DNA of 64,000 bases from Macrostomum hystrix (GCA_950097015.1 CATNEN010000011.1:3472001-3536000), one strand, 5' to 3'. Numbered from the stretch's first letter, positions 24,301 to 38,664 are shown. Notes: generated by a model from the letters alone, not told the origin. A program made the numbers and translations.

Positions 24301-25582
24301 TTGTAAGTGTATTATGTTAATAGATAATACTTTTAAAGTTAGATAGTTAAATAGATCAATTATTTTTATACTATAGCCGTAATGGTACATGTTTATTTTA
24401 TTAATGTGTGTTGATGGCCTAAAAATATTGACAACAATATGCATTGGTCTTTTTCATTGAGTTGCATATGTTTTTTGCAAATTTAGTTGAACACCCAGTT
24501 CAAAAGATATAGCTAGTGTACAAGCAATGTTATATTCACCCTTTCAGTTAGGACTATATAAAATATCAATATAAGTAGTGGATTCCTTTGAACCTGGTAA
24601 ATGACTGCAGAGATAGCACATTTGGTAGGTTTACCATTTTAGCAGAATTTGTACCTAAGCTGCTAATTTCCCTCTAACAGTTTAAATTTTCTATATGCTT
24701 TTTGATTATCTCAATTCTTTATCAAATCCCACTGCAACAGTCAGATTATAGGTTTGATGTGATTGCAATAAACTAATTGCAGAATTTCATTATTGGATTT
24801 ATCTATAGATTGTAAACTCATTTTATTTTTGCAATAATTTCACTGCTGCTTGGAAATAATCACAAATATGCTTTCCAATGGTCTACATTATCATAATGTA
24901 ACAATATAATTGCTATATGAATATAGATAAAATGTGGTTCATCACAAAACTTTATCCTTGAATATTTTTGCCAGTTAGCAACAGCTAGCGAACTAAATCT
25001 ACAATATTGTTATGCATTATTTATCTGATAGTTATATCAATTAGCTTAGTCTGTGAGGTTAATTAAAACTTTCAATTCATAGGAAAGTTTAAACTGCTGA
25101 CAAAAATAAAAATATATATTTATTGCATCACATAATTTTTGTATGTTGTTAACCACTTTAGGATTTTTGTGTGGAATTTTATTAAGAAATGTGTTCTTAA
25201 ACAAAAAAGTTTATTTTTTTCGTATGCTTGCATATATCTGTCTATTTAATGAGTTTAATATGTAAATATCTGATTAAAACTACATAAAAATGTATATTTT
25301 GTGTCTAACATCTGATTTTGTATTCTTTCATTGTAGTATCACTGTAGCTAAACAAATTTTAAGCTTACCATGCATTCAAAAAATAGTTTTGTTAAAAAAT
25401 ATGATTTTCACACAGCAGTGTTCATTACTTTGTTCAACATACAATTTCAGCTTCACATTCACAGCACCACATTGACGCCATTAAGCAAAATACATCAAAA
25501 GAAGGGCTTTTTAGAAGTAGAGTGGCAAATTGAAGGTGGCATTCAATAAAGTTCAAGCAGTTTATTTTTTGTCAGCTAGAAG

Positions 25583-28500
25583 ATGTGCGAATCAAGTTCA
25601 GATTTGGCAGCTACAGCAGCAGCAGAGCAGACATTCCTGCCATTAGGTCGCGATCCAGAATCTGTCTCGATGCTGCAAGGCCTGTCAGCCAGGGAGGCTC
25701 ACACTAGAGAGGACACCCTGTCGCAGTGTCGCAGCATGTTTCGAGTCTGGTATTTCGGCCTCAGCTCGCCGCCAACAACTTCAGATTCGCAGTATTTGGA
25801 CGGCGCCGCCGCCATCGGCCACGCTGGCGATCCCACTCTCCGATTTCACATCGAGGATCAACTGCCGGAGCTGCTGCGCATTGCCAAGGCTGCGCCGTTG
25901 GCTGACGCTCGCGAGAAAGCCACCGAACTGCTCGAATTTGTGGAAGTGAGTTGAAAATTCAAACAGGATTTTTTATTTTTTAAGAGTGGACCTACCAAGG
26001 GGGGGGCTTTTCCTTGAAAAATGTTTGTGCTGCACCTGAACGGAGCAACGCCAGCGCGCAAAACTCAAGATCACGGGGGCCAACTTTTGTTGCGCATCTT
26101 CTGAAACAATTATCAAGTCGCCAGCTCTTTAGAACATCGAGATATTCAATTACTTACCAGGCCTTCAAAACTTATCAGCATCACACCCAAATGTGCCTGC
26201 ATCATCTCCGTCTTCGGTGGTCACCTACCTTTATCTAGACGGACTGCTGGGCCTTCAAGGGCTACAAAAGATGGAACTAGGTCACTATGTTCCACGACCT
26301 GACCCGAATTTCTCCAATTTCACCCATCAAGCCTAAATATTAGGCGCAGCTCAACCACAGGTCACCATTGCCTAGTCTGTCAGCCTATCAGTCACCGCCC
26401 TACGCTGTTAGCATTCAGGCGCTGCCAAAAGCATTTTATGGGGGAGATGGCATCGTAGTCCTACTGTTAATTCCACCTTGTTTCTCTGATTTACGAATAA
26501 TTCCAGCTCGTAAGGTAATAATAAAAGTACACGCTTGGGATGTACTTTTAATCCGAGCTAGTCTTATTTTAGGCAATCTCTGCCTCTCTAGAGCTGATTG
26601 ACTTTGATAAAGAGAATTAATGAAAGCGGCAAGATTCGGACAGGATGTGATGCTGATTGTAGGCTTCGTGTAGTGAACTTGATTTAGCCTACGCAGCAAT
26701 GTCGCTACTAGTAACTCTCTTTGTGAGATCTCTTTTTTTCCTACAAAAAATTCTCATATCTTCTCTGAATATTTCTTCTCTCCACTGTATCTTCCTGTCC
26801 CAGTTTTGCTTTCCTACCCCACAGTTTTGCACTCTTAGAACAGGAAATCATGGAAGAAGAATGAACCAAATAGCCTACACCGCGAAGGGTGTACTTTTAC
26901 TCAATTATTTCTCTCCATCTGGGAAGCTGCGAAACCGTTTTTTCATTCCCTATACGTTTGGGGAAGAAATATTCGCTTGCGCTAAATCTCGAACAGGAAC
27001 AGCTGTGGAATGGCATTTGTGCCATTTCACATTCATCATTTCGCTTCACTCTGCTTGTGTGTTTGCTAGAATGGCTTTCAAACTTATTTTGCTACGATTT
27101 TTGTTGTAAAGGAAACATAACTTGAACTTTAATAGCTTATCTTATCGCTACCAAGCTTGACTTGTATGTAATGACATTATTCCCAGAGGTCCTTTATTAA
27201 ATCGAGTGCTAAAAGTACATTTGGTATTCAATGAAAAACTTCAAGAATTTGTATTTAAAAGTGCAACTAAATTTCTTCTAGTACAAAGAGAAATATCATT
27301 GCGTCAACAATAAGCCAGTGCATAGATAGGGGTGCTGCCTAACAGTTTCTATGAGATAGTGGCAGGTCAATTAGGTGCAACTTCCGCTGCTGTTTTTTGT
27401 TATTTCGCTTTTCGCAAACCTAGCCTATACGGCTTTTAGTTTGAAGATTCCCACCGCAGGTCTTCAATTGAAGTGTTTTTTCTATAGGGGAAAAAATTAC
27501 ACGCGCCTACCAATGATGTTTCTTGCACGTGACTGGCTGGAGTGCACTGTGTAAATAAAGCGAAAACACCAGCACCTAGGTATTTAAGACTTAAGAATTT
27601 AATATTAATGTTCCTTGCTGAAAAACTATGAAGACATGACACACTGAACACTTAAAAAACAAAAAAGCACTTTATGAAAATATTTTATATCGCACGACTG
27701 TAAATGAAACAGCGAATAAGCGAGAAATTGATCAGATTAAATTTTCGAAGTTAAAATTAGAAGTGAATTTGGTGAGGTTCAGAGAGAAAATGTGGTAAGA
27801 TCAGGAGATAATGGGTGGGATTGAGAGAGAAAACGGGGTGAGATTGTGTTAGAAAATGGGGTGAGATTAAGAGTGAATATGGGGTAAGATTGATAGAAAA
27901 GAAATTAGATTGGGAGAGAAAATGGGGTGAGATTGAGAGAGAAATGGGTTGTGATTGATAGAAAAAATGTGAGATTGATAGAGAAAATGAGGTGATATTG
28001 AGATAGAAAACGGGTTGAGATTGAGATAGAAAATGGGGTGAGATTGTGATAGAAAATGGGGTGAGATTAATATAGAAAATGGGGTAAGATTGTGATAGAA
28101 AATGGGGTGAGATTGTGATAGAAAATGGGTTGAGATTGAGATAGAAAATGGGGTGAGATTGTGATAGAAAATGGGGTGAGATTGTGATAGAAAATGGGGT
28201 GAGATTAATATAGAAAATGGGGTAAGATTGTGATAGAAAATGGGGTGAGATTGTGATAGAAAATGGGTTGAGATTGAGATAGAAAATGGGGTGAGATTGT
28301 GATAGAAAATGGGGTGAGATTGTGATAGAAAATGGGGTGAGATTAATATAGAAAATGGGGTAAGATTGTGATAGAAAATGGGGTGAGATTGTGATAGAAA
28401 ATGGGGTGAGATTAATATAGAAAATGGGGTAAGATTGTGATAGAAAATGGGGTGAGATTGTGATAGAAAATGGGGTGAGATTGTGATTGAGAGAGAAATG

Positions 28501-31500
28501 GGGTAAGATTGATAGGAAAAAAATGAGATTGGGAGAGAAAATGTGGTGAGATTATCAGCGATATTAAGGTACCATTGAGTGCGATAATGGTTAGACTTGG
28601 ACTGAAACTGTCATCGACTGATTGAGTGTGAGGTACTCGTATGTACTCGTAGTAAGACGTAGAGCGATATTTGGGGTGAGACATTACTTGAGAATTTTCC
28701 TAATTCACTCCCTTTTTCTAAGCAATAAAGTTTTTATTACTGCTTTGCCTTTGGGGCCTGGATGACAAAAGCTTCTTTACACCTGAACTTTTATAATATT
28801 TTCGTTTCCTTAGAGAACGCAGCTTTTCAGTGTGTCTTGTGTACTTTTAAGATCACTTAGCTTGTCATTAAGTGAAGCAGGTAAGCTTGCTGTTTGATCT
28901 CTTTGCCCTGGACAACTGACACACCCCATTCTGCGTTGCTTTGTTGTTCAGCTTTGTATTGTTTGACTCTGAGTGGTGTGGTAAAAACTACAATGGAAAT
29001 TTGAAAACTCCTGTCCAGTATTTGACATCACGTGACTTATCTCACTCTCTCACCCGCTCTCTCCTCTGTGTCAGTGAGCACTATGCTGTTAACCGCCTCG
29101 TCAAATTTTTGGTGCATTTCGAGTGTGCAATAAATGTGAATTTAGGAACTCACTTAGAAACTCACCGAAACTAATTATACAGATTTTTAATTGTATGCAT
29201 ACGGACGATTCAAATACTTGAATTCATGGAAACTGCCGAGAAAATTGGGTAAAAAGAGAGAAGGATGGGTAGAAAGGAGAGAAGGTAGGGTAGGAAGTAG
29301 AGAAGGTAGGGTAGGAAGTAGATTAGAGGGTTAGGGATAGAAAATAAAGGGTAGAAAGGAAAGAAGAAAGGTAGAAAGGAGTAAAGGAAGGGTAGAAAGG
29401 AGATAAGGAAGGGTAGAAAGGAGAGAAGCAAGGCTAGAAAGGAGAGAAGGAAGGGTAGAAAGGAGAGAAGGAAAGGTAGAAAGGAGAAGATGAAGGCTAG
29501 AAAGGAGAGAAGTAAAGGTAGAAAGGAGAAGATGAAGGCTAGAAAGGAGAGAAGGAAGGGTAGAAAGGAGAGAAGTAAAGGTAGAAAGGAAAAGAGGAAG
29601 TGTAGAAAGGAGAGAAGCAAGACTAGAAAGTAGAGAAGGAATGATAGAAAGGAGAGAAGGAAGGCTAGAAAGGAGAGAAGTAAAGGTAGAAAGGAGAGAA
29701 GGAATGGTAGAAAGGAGAGAAGTAAAGGTAGAAAGGAGAAGATGAAGGCTAGAAAGGAGAGAAGGAAGGGTAGAAAGGAGAGAAGTAAAGGTAGAAAGGA
29801 GAAGATGAAGGCTAGAAAGGAGAGAAGGAAGGGTAGAAAGGAGAGAAGGAAGGGTAGAAAGGAGAGAAGGAAGGGTAGAAAGGAGAGAAGGAAGGGTAGA
29901 AAGGAGAGAAGGAAGGGTAGAAAGGAGAGAAGGAAAGGTAGAAAGGAAAAGAGGAAGTGTAGAAAGGAGAGAAGCAAGACTAGAAAGTAGAGAAGGAATG
30001 ATAGAAAGGAGAGAAGGAAGGCTAGAAAGGAGAGAAGTAAAGGTAGAAAGGAGAGAAGGAAAGGTAGAAAGGAGAAGAGGAAGGCTAGAAAGGAGAGAAG
30101 AATCGAAAAGACAGAGAAGCAATTACGCTCGTACAATAAAATAAAATTAAAAATTTCGTTAAAAGCGAACCCAGTTACTCGGTATTATATTGTTCAAATC
30201 TTCTCATGAAAATCATATTTGCTATCCACAAGAAACTGGTAGAAGACAAAGTAGATGAATCCGAAAATTAGATTCCTAACTTTCTTCTTGACCTAACTGA
30301 TTTGCCAGCAAACGCCACTCTCTTAAACAGGTTTTCTCTAGTGTTTAAACGCTTATAAGGCGCAATGTTTGTTTTACTCAGTAGATCTGCCCTGTGTTAG
30401 CGGTGTAGATAATAAGGCCATTCTAGTACTAGTACAAGTGCTGCAGTTGTTGAATTCTATTCTGTGTTTATGCTTCCTGTGATTGAATAAATTATAATGT
30501 TCAAATTTACAGAATCGTTCTTTAAAAAGTAGTCAATTACTTCAATCTTGGAGTCCGCGTTTTTTTTCAAATGCTTAGTTATAAAATCAGACTTTTTTCA
30601 CCGAAAATGCGAAAAACTCTAATTACACAACAAGCCCTCACGCCTTCTCTCCGCGGCTGCGCCCCAAATTGAATGTGTGGCATCGCCGCGAAATTCGTTA
30701 GACCGTTCTGCCACTCACTCTTAAAATTATATAACACTTTCCAAGAAAATTATACGGAAATTTCCTGTACATTTTTCCACGTCAGCATTTCGAAAGCAAT
30801 ATTTGACAAAGTTTTGTTTAGTCTAACTAAAATTCTAAGAAGCGACGCAAAACTAAAAGCATTCTTTAGCAACTATAGTCTCACTTGTCAATCATTATTG
30901 TTGAAGCTGGTATGATATGAGGTGCCTGGACCTGAATCCACCAATAGACTTCATGTGTACTGTCCTGTCTGTCCATTATTTTTTGTTTTATATTATTTAC
31001 AGCAGTGCAACTGTACTAAATATGAATTTTATATAGCCGATATTTTAATTGTCTTCTCTAAGATACTGGCAGATGAAAAAAAAACTGTTTTTTTATACCA
31101 GTGTCTAATTGCGCATTGTCTTGTGTATTGCCTGTCTGTCTAGCAGTTTGTCTTTAACTATTTAATTAATAGTTGCAATTCTTTATTGTACTTGTAGAAT
31201 ATAATATGTTTGACGTCTAGCCATAATCGTTTAGTATAATATTAAAAGAGCTTTTGTCTAGTGGGTTTGATGCATCAATTCTTAGAAACGTCTGCTCGGA
31301 AACATGTCATTCAATTTCTTAGAAACTTGTCTCTATGCTTTTCAAAAAGCTACATTTTTCAACTAGAAATTTCTCCTCCGTTTTTAAGAAACTTGTTCTC
31401 CTTTTTTCTTAGAAACCCCTCGCCGATTTCTTAGAAAATTTCTCGTAGTTTTATTAAAATTAAGGTGATTTTTTAAGGTGAACTTTTAATTACTCATAGC

Positions 31501-34500
31501 TTCACCGCTTTGAGTTTTTAATTTCATAATAAACAAACTTAGAATTAAAATGGAAGGAACTATAAGTGATTAGTAATCGTCTCGCTATAACGAAGTCTGT
31601 TATCGTACTGAGCTAAGCCAATATAAAGTCATGATAGCTAGGCGTGATACGATCTGACTATTTCGGCGGTTGGGGGGGTTGTCCGCCACGTTTTTAGTAT
31701 GTGAACCCGCTGTAAGTGTTAGTGGTGCATAGTTAGACCTAATATTTGCATATAGACCTAATACGAAGTATTCAACCTAAGCAGTGGGCTTTGGGCTAAG
31801 CAAGTGGTGTGGGTACAAAGTTCGATCTGAAAGGCAGTTTTTTTCTGGTGGAAATGCTGCTTAATCAAAGCATTGCTTTTAGCGTGTGGCTGGCTGACGC
31901 AACTATATATCCGTCGGCAAATTAGTCTTCTTCCTTGCCACTGCCGCATAAAAAAATGCTTGACTGCTTTTAGAAGCAAGACTGTACTTTTAGTATTTGC
32001 GAAGCTGAAAATTACGGCAGATTCTTTAGTTTAAATTTCATGACCTAGTTTTTAGATTAAACTGTCATTTCCCATCCTAATCTACACATTAAACTGTCAT
32101 TTCCCATCCTAATCTACACATTAAACTGTCATTTCGCATCCTAATCTACACATTAAACTGTCATTTCGCATCCTAATCTACACATTAAACTGTCATTTCG
32201 CATCCTAATCTACACATTAAACTGTCTTTTCCCATCCTAATCTACACATTAAACTGTCATTTCGCATCCTAATCTACACATTAAACTGTCATTTCGCATC
32301 CTAATCTACACATTAAACTGTCTTTTCCCATCCTAATCTACACAATAAACTGTCATTTCGCATCCTAATCTACACATTAAACTGTCATTTCGCATCCTAA
32401 TCTACACATTAAACTGTCATTTCCCATCCTAATCTACACATTAAACTGTCGTTTCCCATCCTAATCTACACATTAAACTGTCATTTCCCATCCTAATCTA
32501 CACATTAAACTGTCATTTTTCATCCTAATCTACACATTAAACTGTCATTTCCCATCCTAATCTACACATTAAACTGTCATTTCCCATCCTAATCTACACA
32601 TTAAACTGTCATTTCCCATCCTAATCTACACATTAAACTGTCATTTCCAATTCTAATCTTGGACTATCACTCCCTATGCAAATTGTGATTGTACAAGTAG
32701 CGAATAAAGCTTCTAGAACAGCAGCTACAAACTTCATAGTTAAAAAAGTAATACGAAATGCTTGTACACCAGCTGTGGCTGCAGACGTTGCTTTAGCCTA
32801 TTTCTTATCTGCAATAAAAAGTCTTCGAAACATGGTAGATTACACATAGCAGCTTTAAGGCAAGTTCTAGGGTCTGGCGACATGTTTTTCCACTTTGCGT
32901 TTGCCGCCACAGAGGTACTTTTAAAATATTTAGTTTTTATAGAACCCTCGTTAGGGCTAGCGCCAACTTGTTTAACTGCCGTCGGGCTGATTTTTTCAAA
33001 ATAATTACGTTGCGTGAAAGGAAAGCTGCAGAAAATATGTCTTTTAAAGTGCTAATACTTAGTAATGTGCTGATCAATTAACATATATATATATACATAT
33101 TATTTTTCATTATTCCTCATTCCCTTCTCTACCCCGTATAATCCCTAAAATCCCTTGCAGAAAATCCCAAAGAGAACTCGCCCTTTTAATTCTTTCTTCC
33201 CAAGCGGTTTGGTAAACGACAGGTCGTTTAGTTAGTTGGCCCTCATTCTCAGCGAACTTTGTTACAGTGCAGTATGTTAGGGTGTAACATGTTACATTGC
33301 TGTATGTTAGTGTAACAATCCTTACAATGCTGTCTGTATGTTAAAGATTAATATTTTCCAGCGGTTGTTTTTTAGAGTGTGACATGCTATATTAGAACTG
33401 AAGCAACGCGGAGTTAAATTTCTTGCTAAAGGACACATTTTTCGAGCAGTGTAGGGAATCGAACCCCCTACCTTTAAGTCGTTAAGTCCGACGCTCTTAC
33501 CACAGTGGCACAAGCCATTGCTATAAAAAAAATGAATAATATTGTTGTATATATCGAATTACAGTCTAAAATTAACATGCCAGTTATGCGAAAATGTAAA
33601 CTAAACAACCAGCATATACCGTTGTACAGAACTATATTTTTCGTACAATTGCACCAACTTGAAAAGAGGTGACAAATTTAAACAGAACTTTGAATCCAAT
33701 AGCCAAAAGGGTTATGACGTGATCTTGCGGTCATAGTTTATTTAAGCAACCAGTTTTTTTAGGTACGATAATGTTGCCAATTCGAAACCAGTTTCATAAA
33801 TGTGCAAGCACGAGATTTTTAGTAATCCGTTCCGTAGAATGACCACAGAATGTATAACAAATGCTTCACGACAGCTCCCAAACCGAATGACCACAGAATG
33901 TATAACAAATGCTTCACGACAGCTCCCAAACCGAATGACCACAGAATGTATAACAAATGCTTCACGACAGCTCCCAAACCGAATGACCACAGAATGTATA
34001 ACAAATGCTTCACGACAGCTCCCAAACCGAATGACCACAGAATGTATAACAAATGCTTAACGACAGCTCCCAAACCGAATGACCACAGAATGTATAACAA
34101 ATGCTTCACGACAGCTCCCAAACCGAATGACCACAGAATGTATAACAAATGCTTAACGACAGCTCCCAAACCGAATGACCACAGAATATATAACAAATGC
34201 TTCACGACAGCTCCCAAACCGAATGACCGGTTTTCGTGAATATCCACCATATTGATCCAAATGTTACACTCTTTATGGGGGTCGGTGGCAGAGCGGTTAA
34301 CGCGTTTGCCCCTCGCACCACAGTCCCTAAGTTCGATTCCACGGCGAGGCCACATTTATTTGGGGCGCAGCCGCGGAGAGAAGGCTTGGGGGCTTGTCGT
34401 GCAATTTACGCCCTTGAGGGCCAACCTCCAAGGCACAGTGAGGGTGTACACTGCCTGACGATGAGAAAGTCAGGGCAGATGTACACACCTGTGTGAGCGT

Positions 34501-37500
34501 ATGCCTGCGTACGGTATCTGTGTGCGTGTGTGCTCAGGAGTCAGCGAAGGGTATAATTTTTGTAACCTAGTCACAGGGTGATGAAATGCTAATGAAAACT
34601 TGAAACCTATCTAAGCCACATGTTTTTAAGTTCGACATATTATGGCATATCCGCTCGTGTAAAAATAATGCATACGCCGTACTAGAAAGTAATGACTTTT
34701 GTATTATTAAAATTCATATTTCTATTGAACTTTATTAAGTTAAAATTAAAACGTAACTGTCATAAATTATTTCTTGGGTAGTTTTCAAACGTTTTTCACA
34801 CGACTCTAACGCTTCTCATACGACTCAACCGCTTCTCATACGCCTCAAACTCTTCTCATACAACTCAAACGCTTCTCATACGACTCAACCGCTTCTCATA
34901 CGACTGAAACGCTTCTTATACGACTCAAACGCTTATTATAAGTCTCTTGACTCCAGTACTTTAGAGGTCAACTGAAATTTCAAAAGAAATATACTAAGCA
35001 ACTCCAGTCCAGTGCAAACCACTTTGCGCCACCTTGTTGTGAGAGCCAATTGCCTTGCGATTGAAGGACTTTAGAAAATCTACCAGAAGAGAGAAGATAT
35101 GACAGTTGAAGAATAGAACGGCAATTCCACGAAAAAGCCAGTGCTAAGTTGAGTGTTTAGTTGGTCTTTGGCAGTCTTATTAGTCTGTTTAAAACTGAAA
35201 TAGCGTGGGGTGGGTTGAACAGAGGGCAATGCTGGATAGAAAGGAGAGAGAGAACGAACGCGGTGGGTGTGTCTGCATAGACTGTGTCCAAGCTATCTTT
35301 ATAAGCAAGCGTATATTTGCGCCCCTGATGACGACAATACGAAATAGTTCTAGAGACTTTATTTTCTAAGCGAAGACACACCCCCAGAGACTTCCTAGTG
35401 TATATTGTTTGACCTTCTTTTGTAAGCTGAGAACCGATTTTGAAAGATAACTTCAATCATGCCAGCTGCAAGGGTGATAGTCACACTGGTGCCTACACCG
35501 GCCTCCACTGCTGCTGCTGCTGCTGCTGCTGCTGCTACGGCAGTGTCCGCGCAAGACTTGCCGAACAGCATCAACGCAGCAACCACTGCTGCTGACAGTT
35601 TTTATCAGCTAGGAGCTCGTTGTCGAAGGCGAAGACTAGAGCGCCAGGAGCAGCAGAAGCAGCAGCAGCAAAAGCAGCAGCAGCAGCAGCAGGAGAGCTA
35701 TCCGCTGTTGTATCAAATGTTGCTTCCATCGGTGGATACTTCCGAGCTAGTGGACGATGATGACAGCTGCAAATCAACGATTGAATCATTTCAGACGACC
35801 CTTCAGATGCGACTCCCGCGGCCGGCCTATACGGCTGACTATTCAACCTCCGAGTTCATACCCCAGCGCGAGCTCATACCGTTGGATGCCGCACTGACGC
35901 CGGCGCCAAGTACAAACTCCTACTACCTGGAGGACGACGGCGACAATTCTAGCAACGATGGCAGCGGAAATGTCGCTAGCAATAGTCACGACCTAGATGC
36001 CGACCTCATCGAGCGAAGTCAAGGCCTACTGTTAGACCAGTTTTACGAGTGGCACCGCAGCTACAACATGTTCCACGTCATGGCCTATCATCCTGACTAT
36101 CTGGACATTTTCCTGAGATTTCACAACTGCCTGCTTCAGGGCGCTGGGCCTGTGGCGTTCGCTGAGCGACATTATCTGGCACTAATGGTGAGTCCAATAG
36201 CCTTGAGCACAGGGTGTGTCTTCATCTGACCTGACTTTCTCATCGAAAGGCAGTGTCCAGTCTCACTGTTACTTTGGTGATAGAACTTCATGGGTTTAAA
36301 ATAGAATGATGTATAAGTTTTGTTTACTTCATTTCTTTTTCTCATTCCTTTTTCTATTTGAACTCAATGCTCGACCTATAAGGCCACTTTTTGAGGCCAA
36401 GTTCAACCCAAGAGCAGATAATAATATTCTAAGTCGGCCTGTGTTGTCACTCCCCCAACCCACATGCCATCAAACTGTTGCTGTGCCTCTCCATGACACA
36501 GAATGGTTGACCTTTCAAACTCGCACGCGCACACTCTGTCTAGCTGTCTCTATGTGCTGGTTCCGATTCCGCCACCCAAAAATCGAGGGCCCCATTTTTG
36601 TTTTTTTATACATGCAATATAAAATTTAGGTCGCGTTTGTTGACTCATACAAAAGCTATCGTGAAGAACTCTAGATTATTATCATTCGAATATTTTGCCA
36701 TTCTATATTTAGTTTTTTTTCTTTTATGATTTGCACTCGTCCGACCTTCTGAACAACAAGCAAAATAGAAGCAGTTTTTTATAAAAAAAACGTTGGTTAC
36801 ACAACTTGCACATGCGTACATGTTCTTCTGATTAATGATTAGTAGGTTAATTTGGCAACTACCTTGTACACACACTCCAGACCAACACCAGCAATGTACA
36901 CACACACTCCAGACCAACACCAGCAATGTACACACACACTCCAGACCAACACCAGCAATGTACACACACAATCCAGACCAACACCAGCAATGTACACACA
37001 CACTCCAGACCAACACCAGCAATGTACACACACAATCCAGACCAACACCAGCAATGTACACACACACACTCCAGACCAACACCAGCAATGTACACACACA
37101 ATCCAGACCAACACCAGCAATGTACACACACACTCCAGACCAACACCAGCAATGTACACACAATCCAGACCAACACCAGCAATGTACACACACACTCCAG
37201 ACCAACACCAGCAATGTACACACACTCCAGACCAACACCAGCAATGTACACATACACTCCAGACCAACACCAGCAATGTACACATACACTCCAGACCAAC
37301 ACCAGCAATGTACACATACACTCCAGACCAACACCAGCAATGTACACACACTCCAGACCAACACCAGCAATGTACACACACACTCCAGACCAACACCAGC
37401 AATGTACACACACACTCCAGACCAACACCAGCAATGTACACACACACTCCAGACCAACACCAGCAATGTACACACACACTCCAGTCGCACCCACCTCATT

Positions 37501-38559
37501 ATCCTCAGGCTGCCAGTCGGCATCGCTGCGCCTACCTAGCTCACCTGCACGCTACCGAGTTCATTCACCTAAACGGAGATCCTTCGTGGCTTCGTGGTTT
37601 GTCGCACGCCTCGGCCAAGATGCAGAAACTTGGCCAGTTGTGTCGCCTCCTGGCTCATCGACCCTGGGAGATCACGTCGGACAGTCTTCGTCCGCTACTG
37701 TCCGGTCCGGACTCTTTGTCCCAGTCTGAGCTGGTTCACTCCATGTGCATCTTGGCTCATTTCACAGCCCTAGCCGGCTTCGTCGCTGGCACGGGGGTCA
37801 GGCCAGAGATCGACTCACCGTTGGGCCACACTTATCGAAGCGAAAGCGGAGACTTTCAGCAGCAGCAGCAGCAGCAGCAGCAGCAATTGTTTCTACACAG
37901 CAGCGGCAATGGCTTCAACGGTTGTCCCGCCAGTGCTGCCATGCCGTCCTGTAGTCCCACTCCGTCTAGTCCCGGTGTAAGTAAATTTTAGCTTCGGGTA
38001 GAGCTTCGGAATCCCAATTCGACGGTTTTAGGTTGTAGACTAGTGGTTAGAGTGTCGGACTCACGACTTGAAGGTCGGGGGTTCGATTCCCAACTCCACT
38101 AGAACAACTTGCGTCCTTTTGCTAGACACCTACCTCTGCATTGCTTCACTTCACCCAGCTGTAAATTGGGAAGCAGCGTTAGCTGAGATAATTGAGGGTG
38201 GGTGTAGCGTCCCCCCAGTCCGTGGACTGAACTGCGGTACGCAGCCTTCAGATGCGCAATAGCTGCTGCTGTGCTGTCGGCTGCACATCTGGCCCTATTG
38301 GGGCAGGTGTAATCAGTTAATCAATTGTTATCTCAAACTATAGATATATAATATTGGTGTATATAATTTGCCTGCAATTTTTATTGCACGCAGGTCGATC
38401 CTAACCAACGAGTCATTGACCTGATGAACGCCATCAAGGATATCGACGACGAAGCCGAGGGTGTCGAAGCCCTGCCTGAGGAGCAGCTGATTCGACGATT
38501 CGAATGCATCGAAGCTGAGACTGCCGACATTCGCTGCTTTTACAGGAGCGTTTCGCGAG

Positions 38560-38606
<47 letters not shown>

Positions 38607-38615
38607 ATGGTACTT

Positions 38616-38664
<49 letters not shown>

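Noticed and set aside
25950-27650. Short ORFs in the 5' part of Sestrin intron 1
   Set aside because: No recognisable domains or consistent splice chain; possibly old transposon debris, which I cannot support.
27790-28550. G-quadruplex array
   Set aside because: Only one G4 run per 23 nt, giving about 19-nt loops, so stable quadruplexes are doubtful.
29210-30136. Leu/Ser/Phe-repeat ORFs resembling multi-pass membrane proteins
   Set aside because: Reverse-strand reading of the polypurine minisatellite.
33742-37539. Repeat ORFs at 33.7-34.4 kb and 36.6-37.5 kb (including Cys/Trp/Val and His/Thr repeats)
   Set aside because: Derived from the 48-bp and CA-rich arrays inside Sestrin introns.
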